Shown in pieces: positions 1-8,175 of a DNA stretch of 25,456 nt (the stretch's first letter is position 1; each line of letters begins with the position of its first letter). A model generated the notes under the pieces. The model did not search any database. It was not told the DNA's origin and was given only the letters and a program-made list of their open reading frames with translations. This stretch comes from a virus, in UHGV virus genome UHGV-0039951; one strand, 5' to 3'. Position numbers and translations under genes: made by a program.

Positions 1-56
1 GTCTTGAGTCTTGAGTCTTGAGTCTTGAGTCTTGAGTCTTGAGTCTTGAGTCTTGA
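1..56 (-). repeat. Heptanucleotide tandem repeat, 8 copies of GTCTTGA on plus (= TCAAGAC / AAGACTC register on minus); tract may continue beyond the window edge
   Basis: Direct reading: positions 1-56 are 8 perfect 7-nt units, followed by cata. On the minus strand the tract follows an ATG at 59..57 in frame. Confidence 0.9.
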
Positions 57-59
57 CAT
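1..59 (-). CDS. neuO: 5' end (partial) of a polysialic acid O-acetyltransferase NeuO-like gene with phase-variable heptad repeats
   Basis: Minus strand reads AGGA-N8-ATG then (TCAAGAC)n, encoding M-S-R-L-K-T-Q-D-S-R-L-K-T-Q-D with no stops. The neuO gene of K1 prophage CUS-3 is known to carry 5'-AAGACTC-3' heptad repeats in its 5' coding region. The rest of the gene lies outside the window. Confidence 0.6.
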   Translation of the reverse strand, partial: MSRLKTQDSRLKTQDSRLK

Positions 60-75
60 ATTAGTATCCTACGTT

Positions 76-104
76 ATTTTACCACTAGTTACTTTTCTTG
101 TCAT
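76..104 (-). promoter_or_regulatory. Putative sigma70 promoter for the neuO-like gene (-35 ATGACA at 104..99, 17-nt spacer, -10 TAAAAT at 81..76)
   Basis: Hexamers read on the minus strand upstream of the ATG at 59; a weak SD (AGGA) lies between. Sequence pattern only. Confidence 0.3.
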
Positions 105-212
105 TAAAAAGCATTTAAATTTTTATATTTAATTTCGTTGACGTCAATGTTTTTTGCCAATGTACTTACTTCTTTATGTGAGCAGTTCATATTTTTGACG
201 CCAACGAAACAT

Positions 213-3158
213 TTAGTGCTTCCCTTCTATTAAGTCTAACCTAGCTTTTATTCTTTCTATTTCTCTGCGCTGCCATGCCGCCTCGATATAGAATAAGAGA
301 TCAGGTCTGACCCCCCATCTAGATCCTGCTGGCGTTATTTCAACGCGCTCAATGATGTCTTCCATTACCATCACTGGATTATCATCCTCATCAACAATGA
401 TGCTCCCGTCATTATCAGTCAGCGGCATTTCCCTTTGGCCAGTAATGACGTCATCATATACTGCGGGATAATCGTCATAGCAAAGAAAGGCATAGCGGCA
501 TGTTGTGCTTTCTTCTTCCATGAGTCCGTGAGAAATAAGAACATCACGAAGTTGCTGCGCGATTACACCATGATGTATCCTCGCCCCTTCTTCCCCCTTT
601 ATAGCGACAGCGTTCAGCCATTTATAAGCGATATACCTGACGTCACCCCAGGCATCCAGCAATGTTTCGTCAGGAGAGACCGGCTCTGTCTTTAATGTTC
701 CGTCACTGGTAACCACAGGATTGGAGCCAAGATAAACTATCGAGAACCTGTTTCCCGGACCACCAAGAGCATTTACATTATCAAGATAAGGTTTAACATC
801 TCCGTTCTCAAAAAGATGTTCGAGTGCGTTATATACCGCGCGACGTGGAGTACTGCTTCCGGAACCATGCAACGTTATCATTGCACCATCTGCTGAAGAC
901 GTTGTTTCACCGCCGCTAACGATTAATCTCTGAGCGGTAACATCATCAGACGGTACTTTCTTCGCAATAATGGCGTAATTACCCTCAAGTTTGACTTCCG
1001 CGCGAACTTGTCCTGATGTACCTGCATGGACAGTCAGTGACTGGACGGCAACATCATCTGTGAAATCAACGGGTACAGGAACCGTCCTCACGCCTGACGT
1101 CGACATAAAAGTAGGAAGCGTTCTGTTAGGAGTGGCTCCGTAGACAAAATCCCTTGAAACAAATTCTTCCTGTTTAATTTTCACCCTGAAACAATACAAA
1201 TCAGCCGGGTGACCATCGTGAACATAAGGATATTTTCTGTTGTTATCCCCTATGCTCCATGGGTTTAGAAAGTCTTCCCCACCGAAAATGTAGTACAGCC
1301 AGTTGTCTTTGATACAAACTGAACCAACACCAACCGCAGAGTTAACTATTCCGCCCTGATAAATCTGATCAGTAACATTAACCCACTCTACATTATCCAG
1401 ACTCCACTCATTGACGTTAACTCTGGTCATAAATGTTCTTGGATAGTTTCCTGCATAACGGTTATCAGGTTCTCCTCCTTCCCACTCACCAAATGCGCGC
1501 TCACTGCCAAAAATAATCAGCTCATCGCCAACTTTGGCAAAAGGAAGGTTTGAGTGATGAACATTATTTGGGAAGCGAAGAGAATTCCATGATGTACCTA
1601 AATCAGAGCTTCTGTGCAATGAACTACCGGGTTGAGTACTTAATGTCCCCCTGGTCGTCAGATACAGAATGCCATCATAATATTTTACACATGGCTCAGA
1701 TGCATTCGCCTCATATTCTGCAGGTATGCGTCTGCGAACAAAGCTACCAGGAGAACCGAAAGCATCAGAGAAATAGAGTATCCCAAGCTCGCGTGGACCA
1801 ATATCACCATTATGGTAGCCAACAGCAAAACTGTTATCGCTAATCGTCGCAAAACTGTGAATCTCAGTAACAGGAGTGCTTCCGTCAACAAAAGAAGGAA
1901 TAGTTCCAAGACTGGTTTTTCTCCATGGTGACGAGTGAAATGATGTACCAAAACTCCAGTATCTACCCTCGTTATTCTGATCCACATCCTGGGTATTTTG
2001 CGTCGTAACTGTAAAAGTATTTTTATCAATAACAGTAGTCACCGTCATATTCCCGGTAACACCTGTAACACCAGAGTTTGAGAAGTTGACAAAATCACCA
2101 GCAAATAATCCGTGATCAGTAATGCGAATATAAGCGACTTGCTGATTTGCTGCTTTCGTTATACCACCATAAACGCGAAGGCTGCGACTCATTGGGCGAT
2201 CCCACAACTCTGCAACCTGCAGTTTATTTCCGCTCACGGTCCGCGTCTCAATTACAGCAAAAAGGCGATTTCTGACAACCCCCATACTCATGCAGTGATA
2301 GTTAACTGTGGGATAGTTTTCATGTAAATCTGTAAGCCATTCCGGCGTTGTCCAGGTCTTCCCGTCATCTCCTGAGCGAACCCATGCAACATGGAGGTTA
2401 TTTACACCATGGCGGTCTCCAGCCATAAAAGGCGCATAGATGACATTGTCATATACAAACGTTTTATCCTGCGTCCAGGCGTTGTACCACGGTGTATCTG
2501 TAATTTTAAATAACTCTCCCTGGATAAAATCTTCAGAAACATAAAAAAGAGGCTGACCCGGTATTCTCTCAAATAAAAAACGAGCATTTTTAAATCGACT
2601 GACATCTGGAAGAGTTGATACTTTAAAAGTAAGCCCTCGCCCATCTATCTTTTCACCACCTGTTGCAACAGAAAGTAATTCTGATAGAGCTGATGTATCA
2701 TCATGAACACCATCACCAATAGCCCCCCAACCTCTTACATCATAACTGTCTCTCCATCTTGCTATCTGAAGTTTTGGGTATTTATTCGCTCCATCTGGGT
2801 CTTCTAATTGCTGCCGTAACTGATCAGGATCATACTTCAGCACATTCGGAAAATAGAACTGCTGTGTACCATACGCATCATAAACAGCCATAGAATGGCC
2901 TTGCACGGTTACGAATTTGGCAATCTGTCCGTTATATACCGGATATCCAGCAGCGTTAATGATGATTGGTTGAGAAACAGGAACGTGAGATCCATCTTCG
3001 TTCTCTACATAAACCTGAATCTGGTTTTCAGGATTTACCGGGTCAGTGTCAATTTTTCCGATATAAATTTTGCCATTGGCTACGGCTTTAAAAGAACGCG
3101 CCATAGTGAAGAGTTGCGAAGGCATACTCACTACAACATTGGCTGTAATGTCTGTCAT
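213..3158 (-). CDS. Tailspike protein: P22 gp9-type head-binding N-terminal domain, sialidase-like (Asp-box) receptor-degrading domain, likely endosialidase; C-terminal intramolecular chaperone (peptidase S74-type) domain
   Basis: 981 aa. The N-terminal ~110 aa ([56 protein letters not shown]...) match the P22 tailspike head-binding domain as I recall it. Two Asp-box motifs ([16 protein letters not shown]) and xRIP motifs (FERIP, RRRIP). The C-terminal ~160 aa begin at S818 in the motif SDGTLK, the pattern of self-cleaving chaperone domains of endosialidases and T5 L-shaped tail fibre. Confidence 0.85.
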   Translation of the reverse strand: MTDITANVVVSMPSQLFTMARSFKAVANGKIYIGKIDTDPVNPENQIQVYVENEDGSHVPVSQPIIINAAGYPVYNGQIAKFVTVQGHSMAVYDAYGTQQFYFPNVLKYDPDQLRQQLEDPDGANKYPKLQIARWRDSYDVRGWGAIGDGVHDDTSALSELLSVATGGEKIDGRGLTFKVSTLPDVSRFKNARFLFERIPGQPLFYVSEDFIQGELFKITDTPWYNAWTQDKTFVYDNVIYAPFMAGDRHGVNNLHVAWVRSGDDGKTWTTPEWLTDLHENYPTVNYHCMSMGVVRNRLFAVIETRTVSGNKLQVAELWDRPMSRSLRVYGGITKAANQQVAYIRITDHGLFAGDFVNFSNSGVTGVTGNMTVTTVIDKNTFTVTTQNTQDVDQNNEGRYWSFGTSFHSSPWRKTSLGTIPSFVDGSTPVTEIHSFATISDNSFAVGYHNGDIGPRELGILYFSDAFGSPGSFVRRRIPAEYEANASEPCVKYYDGILYLTTRGTLSTQPGSSLHRSSDLGTSWNSLRFPNNVHHSNLPFAKVGDELIIFGSERAFGEWEGGEPDNRYAGNYPRTFMTRVNVNEWSLDNVEWVNVTDQIYQGGIVNSAVGVGSVCIKDNWLYYIFGGEDFLNPWSIGDNNRKYPYVHDGHPADLYCFRVKIKQEEFVSRDFVYGATPNRTLPTFMSTSGVRTVPVPVDFTDDVAVQSLTVHAGTSGQVRAEVKLEGNYAIIAKKVPSDDVTAQRLIVSGGETTSSADGAMITLHGSGSSTPRRAVYNALEHLFENGDVKPYLDNVNALGGPGNRFSIVYLGSNPVVTSDGTLKTEPVSPDETLLDAWGDVRYIAYKWLNAVAIKGEEGARIHHGVIAQQLRDVLISHGLMEEESTTCRYAFLCYDDYPAVYDDVITGQREMPLTDNDGSIIVDEDDNPVMVMEDIIERVEITPAGSRWGVRPDLLFYIEAAWQRREIERIKARLDLIEGKH

Positions 3159-3290
3159 TTAATTTGCTCCAGATACAAGGAATGGCCGCAGCATGGCTAC
3201 GGTTGGCATTTGTTACATACCGAAACGGTACGATTGTTGATTTGTACAGTGGGTTTTACGATGCCATTCCACCCATTTGGTGAGGCATTG

Positions 3291-3548
3291 ATGATGTACA
3301 GCAAATACGATGAGGCGCAGTTCCACTTGAGGCTTACACACGAGTTGCACGCTAAGATTAAGCAGCGTGCAAAAATGAATAACAGGTCTATCAATTCCGA
3401 AATTGTGGCTACGATGGAAGAATCACTCTCCAAACCATCACCTGTAAGCGGGTATCGTGATGAAGAAGAGAGGCTGGCCTCATTAATCTCGGAACGAGTA
3501 AAAGAAGTTGCGGCTGAAATTCTAAGGAAAGAAAAAACCCGCGATTAA
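3291..3548 (+). CDS. mnt: Mnt-like ribbon-helix-helix (Arc/MetJ superfamily) repressor, 85 aa
   Basis: Only the C-terminal part of ORF 2895..3548 is plausible. ATG at 3291 is preceded by GGTGAGG (3278-3284). The protein (FHLRLTHELHAKIKQRAKMNNRSINSEIVATMEESLSKPSPVSGYRDEEERLA...) closely parallels P22 Mnt (NGRSMNSELLQIVQDALSKPSPVTGYRNDAERLA) as recalled. Confidence 0.7.
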   Translation: MMYSKYDEAQFHLRLTHELHAKIKQRAKMNNRSINSEIVATMEESLSKPSPVSGYRDEEERLASLISERVKEVAAEILRKEKTRD

Positions 3549-3563
3549 GCGGGTTTAGTTTTC
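3532..3563. terminator. Bidirectional intrinsic terminator between the convergent mnt-like gene and the antirepressor gene
   Basis: Stem AAACCCGC / GCGGGTTT with loop GATTAA, flanked by an A-run on the 5' side and T-rich sequence on the 3' side, so it works in both orientations. The mnt-like stop codon lies in the loop. Confidence 0.6.
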
Positions 3564-3574
3564 ATTATAAAATG

Positions 3575-4303
3575 TTACGCCACATTTGAGCCATGTAGCA
3601 GGTGTTGTAGTGCTTTAACGCCTTCAGAATTGTAACGGAACGCCTCTACCTGTTTGCTGGAATGCGCCGATTTATCTAGGAAGAACTTCCCGTACTGCTC
3701 AGTTTTGAGGTTGTTTGCGTTAGCAATGCGACCAATCTTGTTGGCCGTTACTCCAAGCTGCTCTGCAACCTCCCCTGCTGAGTAGTAATGCTCTTCTATT
3801 GCCGGAAGAGGTATTGCATTAAAACCAACGAGCGGGTTGATTATACTTGCTGCCGCTGTCTGCTTTGCCTCAGGCGCAAGATTTGGCATCAGATCGAACA
3901 GATTGGTAACAGCTTCAACCGTCATTTTCAATGTTCTCGCTTGACGATACTCAACAAGTCCACTCGCTGATTTACCGCTTTTAATGTGCGCTTCTTGCAT
4001 ACTTTCAAGTTGGTCTACCAGTGAGCGGCGAACGGCTTTTGACTCGCGAGCGGCAACTCGCAATGCTTGCTTGATTGACATCTCAATGATAACCATCGAA
4101 GTTTTGTTCGCTTTTTGCACTACACTTTTTGTGTAGTGCTCTCCATCCAATTCATCTTCAATTTTCTCGATGAATTTGTTATTACGAACCTCCGGCTCAC
4201 CGCACTGTCTACGAGCCTGATTTACCATCTCAAGCAGGCGCTGGCTGTCAATGGTTTTATCCGTGACAACGGATCCGATGTTTGCTACATTCTTAAAAGT
4301 CAT
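3575..4303 (-). CDS. Antirepressor-like protein (AntA-like N-terminus, KilAC-like C-terminal motif), 243 aa
   Basis: ORF 3575..4354 trimmed to the ATG at 4303 (MTFKNVANIG...), which is preceded by AAGGAA at 7-nt spacing. The C-terminal motif YYSAGEVAEQLGVTANKIGRIANANNLKTEQYGKFF resembles KilAC domains. Family assignment from recalled motifs only. Confidence 0.5.
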   Translation of the reverse strand: MTFKNVANIGSVVTDKTIDSQRLLEMVNQARRQCGEPEVRNNKFIEKIEDELDGEHYTKSVVQKANKTSMVIIEMSIKQALRVAARESKAVRRSLVDQLESMQEAHIKSGKSASGLVEYRQARTLKMTVEAVTNLFDLMPNLAPEAKQTAAASIINPLVGFNAIPLPAIEEHYYSAGEVAEQLGVTANKIGRIANANNLKTEQYGKFFLDKSAHSSKQVEAFRYNSEGVKALQHLLHGSNVA

Positions 4304-4371
4304 TAGGCATTCCTTATGTGGTAGTAAGGGTGTGACATAGGCCGCCAGCAGCACACTGGCGGTTTTCTTTT
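4298..4371 (+). ncRNA. Putative Sar-like antisense RNA covering the RBS and start codon of the downstream antirepressor gene
   Basis: Candidate promoter GTGACA (4263-4268), 17-nt spacer, TACATT (4286-4291), then about 74 nt to the plus-strand terminator. The transcript would be complementary to the ATG at 4303 and SD at 4311-4316. Analogy to P22 sar RNA; inference only. Confidence 0.25.
4342..4371 (+). terminator. Plus-strand intrinsic terminator antisense to the antirepressor operon
   Basis: Perfect 7-bp stem CCGCCAG / CTGGCGG with 7-nt loop, followed by TTTTCTTTTT on the plus strand. On the minus strand the hairpin is followed by no U-tract, so it is orientation-specific. Confidence 0.55.
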
Positions 4372-4391
4372 TGCGCCGTCCGGCGCACCAA

Positions 4392-5030
4392 TCAATGAAT
4401 CCATTCCTCGCCGCGCAGTTTTGCCAGCATTGGCTGAGCGTTCTTTACGACAAAATTGTTGGTATCAAGATTCTTCATTTCACGAAGAAGTGATTTCTTG
4501 GTTTCTTCTGACATGTAGCGAGTCTCATATGCAATATCGTAAATCCTTCCAGAAAGCTCAGAACCAATTTGCTTCATTCCTGGGTAGATGTGTTTGCACA
4601 TTTGTTGACTCTTCTCCATCCACAATTGTAAGTAGCAGAGATTAACCAGCTCTTCGTCAGTAAACTGTTTTGCAATCGGTGAGCATTCTGCCTGCCGATC
4701 CAAAATATCCAGCACCCAGCGGCGGAACTCTTTAGCCTTGGGCGTAGAAGCAAACATCGCCACCAAGTGAGCGCCTCGGAGCGAGTAAACTCTGACCGAT
4801 TTGTTACGTAAGCTATTGTTTATCCCGTTGACCTTCATATTGAGGGTCAATGACATTGAGTCGGAAAACTCGTCAGCATTACGGGCATAAATTTGGCTGA
4901 TGGCATCAGTTTTTTTATAGCCGAGAGCCTTAGCTAGTTCGGTGGAGGTAAACCAGATAGACCCACCCTCTGTTACAGGGTTAAAGGTGAATCCTTGGAA
5001 GTTATAATCTGATTTTGCTATAATGTTCAT
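4392..5030 (-). CDS. ant: Antirepressor with BRO-N-type N-terminal domain (Ant-like), 212 aa from ATG 5030; ORF could extend to 5114
   Basis: The motif YNFQGFTFNPVTEGGSIWFTSTELAKALGY is typical of BRO-N/antirepressor N-termini. ATG at 5030 is preceded by AAGGAA. An alternative start at 5114 also has an SD and would overlap the arc-like stop. Confidence 0.6.
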   Translation of the reverse strand: MNIIAKSDYNFQGFTFNPVTEGGSIWFTSTELAKALGYKKTDAISQIYARNADEFSDSMSLTLNMKVNGINNSLRNKSVRVYSLRGAHLVAMFASTPKAKEFRRWVLDILDRQAECSPIAKQFTDEELVNLCYLQLWMEKSQQMCKHIYPGMKQIGSELSGRIYDIAYETRYMSEETKKSLLREMKNLDTNNFVVKNAQPMLAKLRGEEWIH

Positions 5031-5103
5031 GTTAGTTTCCTTGCATACGGTTACTGACATAGAGGCCCGGTTTGTGTTCGCGCACTGCCGGGCTTCACTG
5101 TTT

Positions 5104-5277
5104 TTACTGGGCATTAGCTCTTTCCTCTCTCAGGCTTTTAGCCAGTCGCTGCACAATCGCAGAGTTGATAGAAATTCCATCCATTTCAGCAACACGTCTA
5201 ATCTCCTCCTTCATTCGCGCTGGCAAACGAAGCTGGAAACTTTGGCTTTTACGACCTGTGTAAAGCACATCTTTCAT
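5104..5277 (-). CDS. arc: Arc-like ribbon-helix-helix repressor, 57 aa
   Basis: ATG at 5277 preceded by GGGAGA. The protein MKDVLYTGRKSQSFQLRLPARMKEEIRRVAEMDGISINSAIVQRLAKSL parallels P22 Arc (QFNLRWPREVLDLVRKVAEENGRSVNSEIYQRVMESF). The ORF-track start at 5292 is a GTG inside the SD region. Confidence 0.65.
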   Translation of the reverse strand: MKDVLYTGRKSQSFQLRLPARMKEEIRRVAEMDGISINSAIVQRLAKSLREERANAQ

Positions 5278-5298
5278 AAGTAATTCTCCCACAATGAT

Positions 5299-5356
5299 AC
5301 CAACTTGGTTCTAGAACCAATTTAACACCATTTATTTTGATGTCAAGTTGGTGCTA
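5299..5356. promoter_or_regulatory. Divergent control region: Pant-like promoter on minus strand (-35 TTGACA 5346..5341, -10 TAAATT 5324..5319) with operator-like palindromes
   Basis: Perfect 16-bp palindrome TTGGTTCTAGAACCAA (5305-5320) overlapping the -10 and start site. Inverted half-sites ACCAACTTGG (5299-5308) and CAAGTTGGTG (5347-5356). The arrangement mirrors the P22 immI Pant/Omnt/Oarc layout. Confidence 0.45.
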
Positions 5357-5388
5357 TTGTTTAGCGAACATCTTTACGTTGAGGTCAT

Positions 5389-5772
5389 ATGAGCAAGTTC
5401 CCTAGTCATGAAATGGATAGGTTCAATATCAGGCTTCCGGCAGGAATGCGGGATGCTATAGCCTTAAGAGCAAAGGAAAACGGCAGATCAATGAATACAG
5501 AACTAGTGTTTATCATTGATGATGCATTGAAGTCTCCGGTGCCTGCTGAGGTTGATAACTCAAGGATTATGAAGATTTACTCAAACCTCTCCGGGAACAG
5601 GCCATCAAACAAAGAAGAGTTTGAGCGGTGGGAGAATGAGCTAGTCAAAGCAATTTTCTACTTACTAGATAGCATCAGTTCTCATTCGCAAATGTACCAA
5701 GCTCTCAGGAGCTTAAGGCAAGATGCATATAAAAATGTTTTTGGCGATGATGCTGAAGACATCCAGTTTTGA
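5389..5772 (+). CDS. Mnt/Arc-type ribbon-helix-helix regulator with ~80-aa C-terminal extension, 127 aa
   Basis: ATG at 5389 preceded by GAGG. The N-terminus ([38 protein letters not shown]) is an RHH motif of Mnt type. Divergent from the arc/ant operon. Confidence 0.7.
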   Translation: MSKFPSHEMDRFNIRLPAGMRDAIALRAKENGRSMNTELVFIIDDALKSPVPAEVDNSRIMKIYSNLSGNRPSNKEEFERWENELVKAIFYLLDSISSHSQMYQALRSLRQDAYKNVFGDDAEDIQF

Positions 5773-5816
5773 AGACCATTTCATCTGGTATCTTGCGTAA
5801 AACTAAGGAGGTTGGT

Positions 5817-6311
5817 GTGTCTGATTCTATGAGTTACGCTGTGCTAGTTGCCGCAACTCTATTTCTGGGGATAGGGTTGCAGATTGCGTGGTTCTTTTTT
5901 TCTAGTTTTATTAAACGTAAAAGAATTGAATCAAGGATATCTGAGATTTCTATTGCTATAGGGAAAAATGCTGAAAATCCAGAGAATGAGGCCTGCGCAC
6001 TGAATTACCTTAAAGAAAAGTTTTCCCCTGAAAAATTTGAAAACAGAATTACTGATGCTCTTGGATTGGTAATATCAGTAATTCATATGCCACTAAGTTT
6101 GCTGATAACAGTGTGGTACTTCGCCATGATCGCCGGAAGAATATTTGGCTTCATGAATATAGAGCCTGTAGTTCTTTGGGTTCCAATGATACTGCAACTG
6201 TTGTTAAGCGTTGCTATCTTTATTTTTTCTGTTTTTATAAAAATTGTCTTTGGAAGATACCCCGGAGAAGCGAAGGGATTTAATAAAGAATTCATAAAAA
6301 CTATAAAATAA
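5817..6311 (+). CDS. Small integral membrane protein (3 predicted TM helices); candidate superinfection-exclusion or lysogenic-conversion protein at the position sieA occupies in P22
   Basis: The ORF-track start at 5769 is TTG. A strong SD (AAGGAGG, 5804-5810) sits 6 nt before GTG 5817. Three hydrophobic segments. AT-rich composition relative to neighbours. Confidence 0.55.
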   Translation: MSDSMSYAVLVAATLFLGIGLQIAWFFFSSFIKRKRIESRISEISIAIGKNAENPENEACALNYLKEKFSPEKFENRITDALGLVISVIHMPLSLLITVWYFAMIAGRIFGFMNIEPVVLWVPMILQLLLSVAIFIFSVFIKIVFGRYPGEAKGFNKEFIKTIK

Positions 6312-6333
6312 ATGCCGTCCTTGGCTTACAGTG

Positions 6334-8175
6334 CTACTGCCGGGTCGCTTCGTTAGCTAAGAGCGGGCGCACGGCAGTAGCCGCCTGATTTAGCGCTCTT
6401 TCATAGGCTGGTGTTCCTGCTTTGGTGTTTGCCAGACGTAAGAGCGCATTCCTTGCTGCTTTGGACTCATACAAACGCATCATTGCACCAAAACCAGCCT
6501 CAAGCCCCATTGATACGCCAAGAGTCGCGGTTGCGCCAATCGTCCTTATCCTGTTGGCTTGCGATTGCCCCGTCTGAGTTACTACATTTGCGGTGTCTGA
6601 CCTTGCTGTTTGCTGTAGAACTTCATGAAGAGCATCAAGCTCTTTCATATGCTTTCCAGAAAAAATAGTGTTGTAAATTTCACCACCTGACTGAGATTTC
6701 AGCTTATTAACTTCAGTGATGAACTTGGCTGGAGAGTCACCGGCCTTTTCCGCTATTTTGCTGACGTAAGCTGCACGCATAGCATCTTTACCATTATCAT
6801 CCAATGCGCTCCAGATTCGTTTCACGTCAGATGGTTTTCTGCTTAATACAACGGTATTTATAAGTTCAGGGCTGGCTTCACTACTTGCCTTATTGAGCTT
6901 GTTAGCAATGTTTTTATTAAGCACCTTATTATAAACGTTTGCATAATCGGAATTTGCTTTAAGGTATTTTGCTGCGTCTGATGCACCGCGGTTTTTAGCA
7001 ACTGCGTTACGAAGGTCTTTTGACATTGCATTCTCTACCATATTGGTAGCTGCTTTTGCCTGGTTGGGGAAGACCATAGCATCTCCCTGAACATTAGATC
7101 TAAATGCTGTTCTGTGCTGACGCAAGAGATCAAACGTAACCTCCAAATCAGTTGCAGGGTTTGCTAATTCTTCACGTAGGTTACGTAAGGATGTAAGCAG
7201 GCTTTGATTGGCAGACGTCCCAAGCCGTTCCTGTCTTGCGATCGCTGTATTCAGAGCATTCATGGTATTTGTGGTATCAACTGCGGCATTACCCATTTTA
7301 TTGGTGACGTCATTGATAACAGCGCCAGCGGCATCCTTCCGCCCCCTTAACGTGGTGGTCAGAGATTTCACCACATCATCAGGGTTGTACTCACCAAAAC
7401 GGTCAAAATAATTACTTACCAGCTTACTACGCGTTGCATATTGCTCCGCTCGCTTTGAGCCTGTCCCGAGCAAAGCCCCCTCGGCATCCTGAGTAAGGCC
7501 GCGAGTGAAAGCATTTTTCGGCGGGATAACATCAGATGTCATTGGTGTCACGCCCATCGATTCTGATGTGGCAATTTTATTCGCCACTTCTGGCGCAATA
7601 TCACCTTTTATAGCCGTTATTCCACGCCCTATTCCCTTTGCTGCTGCGGAAAGAACACCCTGAGCGGCAAGGTTAACTCCGGCATTTTTAGCTGCATTTT
7701 GTGCGAAATCGCCTTTCTGATTTGCGGCCTCTGCCAGTGAGCCAATAGCCATGCTTCCTGCCGTTCCAACTCCTGGAACTAAATACCCACCAATTGTTTC
7801 ACCGGCTTGCGCGTAGGGGTCTGTCGGTCTGTCTACTGGACGATAAACATCATCCAAAACCTTGGGTCCACCAAGCCCCTGACTGATTGCATTAATCAGA
7901 CTTGCGCCACCCTGCAAAACGTCAAATGGTATGTTCACCAGACCACGACCAGCCTGTTCTGCAATTTGCCCTGCACTTTGACCACCAGTGAGCCAATCGC
8001 CAGCTTGTTGCATCAATGATGGTTCTTCACGTGCTGGTTCATTATTGGCCTGATTAACTGTTTGTTGCTGAACAGCCTGACCAGCAAAATACTCATCAAT
8101 GGCGGTGCCAATATCTTCCGTGCTCGTACCATCAGGGAAGGTAAATGTCTTACCGTTTGCAGTTACTTTCATCAT
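6334..8175 (-). CDS. Ejection (injection) protein, P22 gp16-like
   Basis: 613 aa; last of three ejection-protein genes after the tail needle, in P22 order 7-20-16; size matches P22 gp16 (~609 aa). Assigned by synteny and size. Confidence 0.7.
   Translation of the reverse strand: MMKVTANGKTFTFPDGTSTEDIGTAIDEYFAGQAVQQQTVNQANNEPAREEPSLMQQAGDWLTGGQSAGQIAEQAGRGLVNIPFDVLQGGASLINAISQGLGGPKVLDDVYRPVDRPTDPYAQAGETIGGYLVPGVGTAGSMAIGSLAEAANQKGDFAQNAAKNAGVNLAAQGVLSAAAKGIGRGITAIKGDIAPEVANKIATSESMGVTPMTSDVIPPKNAFTRGLTQDAEGALLGTGSKRAEQYATRSKLVSNYFDRFGEYNPDDVVKSLTTTLRGRKDAAGAVINDVTNKMGNAAVDTTNTMNALNTAIARQERLGTSANQSLLTSLRNLREELANPATDLEVTFDLLRQHRTAFRSNVQGDAMVFPNQAKAATNMVENAMSKDLRNAVAKNRGASDAAKYLKANSDYANVYNKVLNKNIANKLNKASSEASPELINTVVLSRKPSDVKRIWSALDDNGKDAMRAAYVSKIAEKAGDSPAKFITEVNKLKSQSGGEIYNTIFSGKHMKELDALHEVLQQTARSDTANVVTQTGQSQANRIRTIGATATLGVSMGLEAGFGAMMRLYESKAARNALLRLANTKAGTPAYERALNQAATAVRPLLANEATRQ

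Noticed and set aside
138-155. TTGACGTCAA palindrome plus T-run as a plus-strand terminator
   Set aside because: The palindrome has no loop and only a 3-4 bp possible stem, and no plus-strand gene ends upstream of it. More likely a binding site or promoter element (reported as a low-interest finding).
435-2327. Plus-strand ORFs 435..695, 1550..1843, 2112..2327 and minus-strand ORF 1685..2029 inside the tailspike gene
   Set aside because: They lie wholly within the well-supported 981-aa tailspike frame, lack RBS signals and have low-complexity or odd composition; treated as shadow ORFs.
2895-3290. N-terminal 132 codons of ORF 2895..3548 (+)
   Set aside because: This part overlaps the tailspike coding region on the opposite strand and has no recognisable features. 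Only the portion from the ATG at 3291, which has an SD and an Mnt-like sequence, is credible.
4115-4306. Plus-strand ORF 4115..4306 (63 aa) antisense to the antirepressor gene
   Set aside because: No RBS and hydrophobic low-complexity translation. The plus-strand terminator downstream is better explained by a short antisense RNA than by this ORF.
5769-5816. TTG start at 5769 for the membrane-protein ORF (overlapping the upstream stop)
   Set aside because: The first codon is TTG with no SD. A consensus AAGGAGG 6 nt upstream of GTG 5817 makes the shorter form far more likely.
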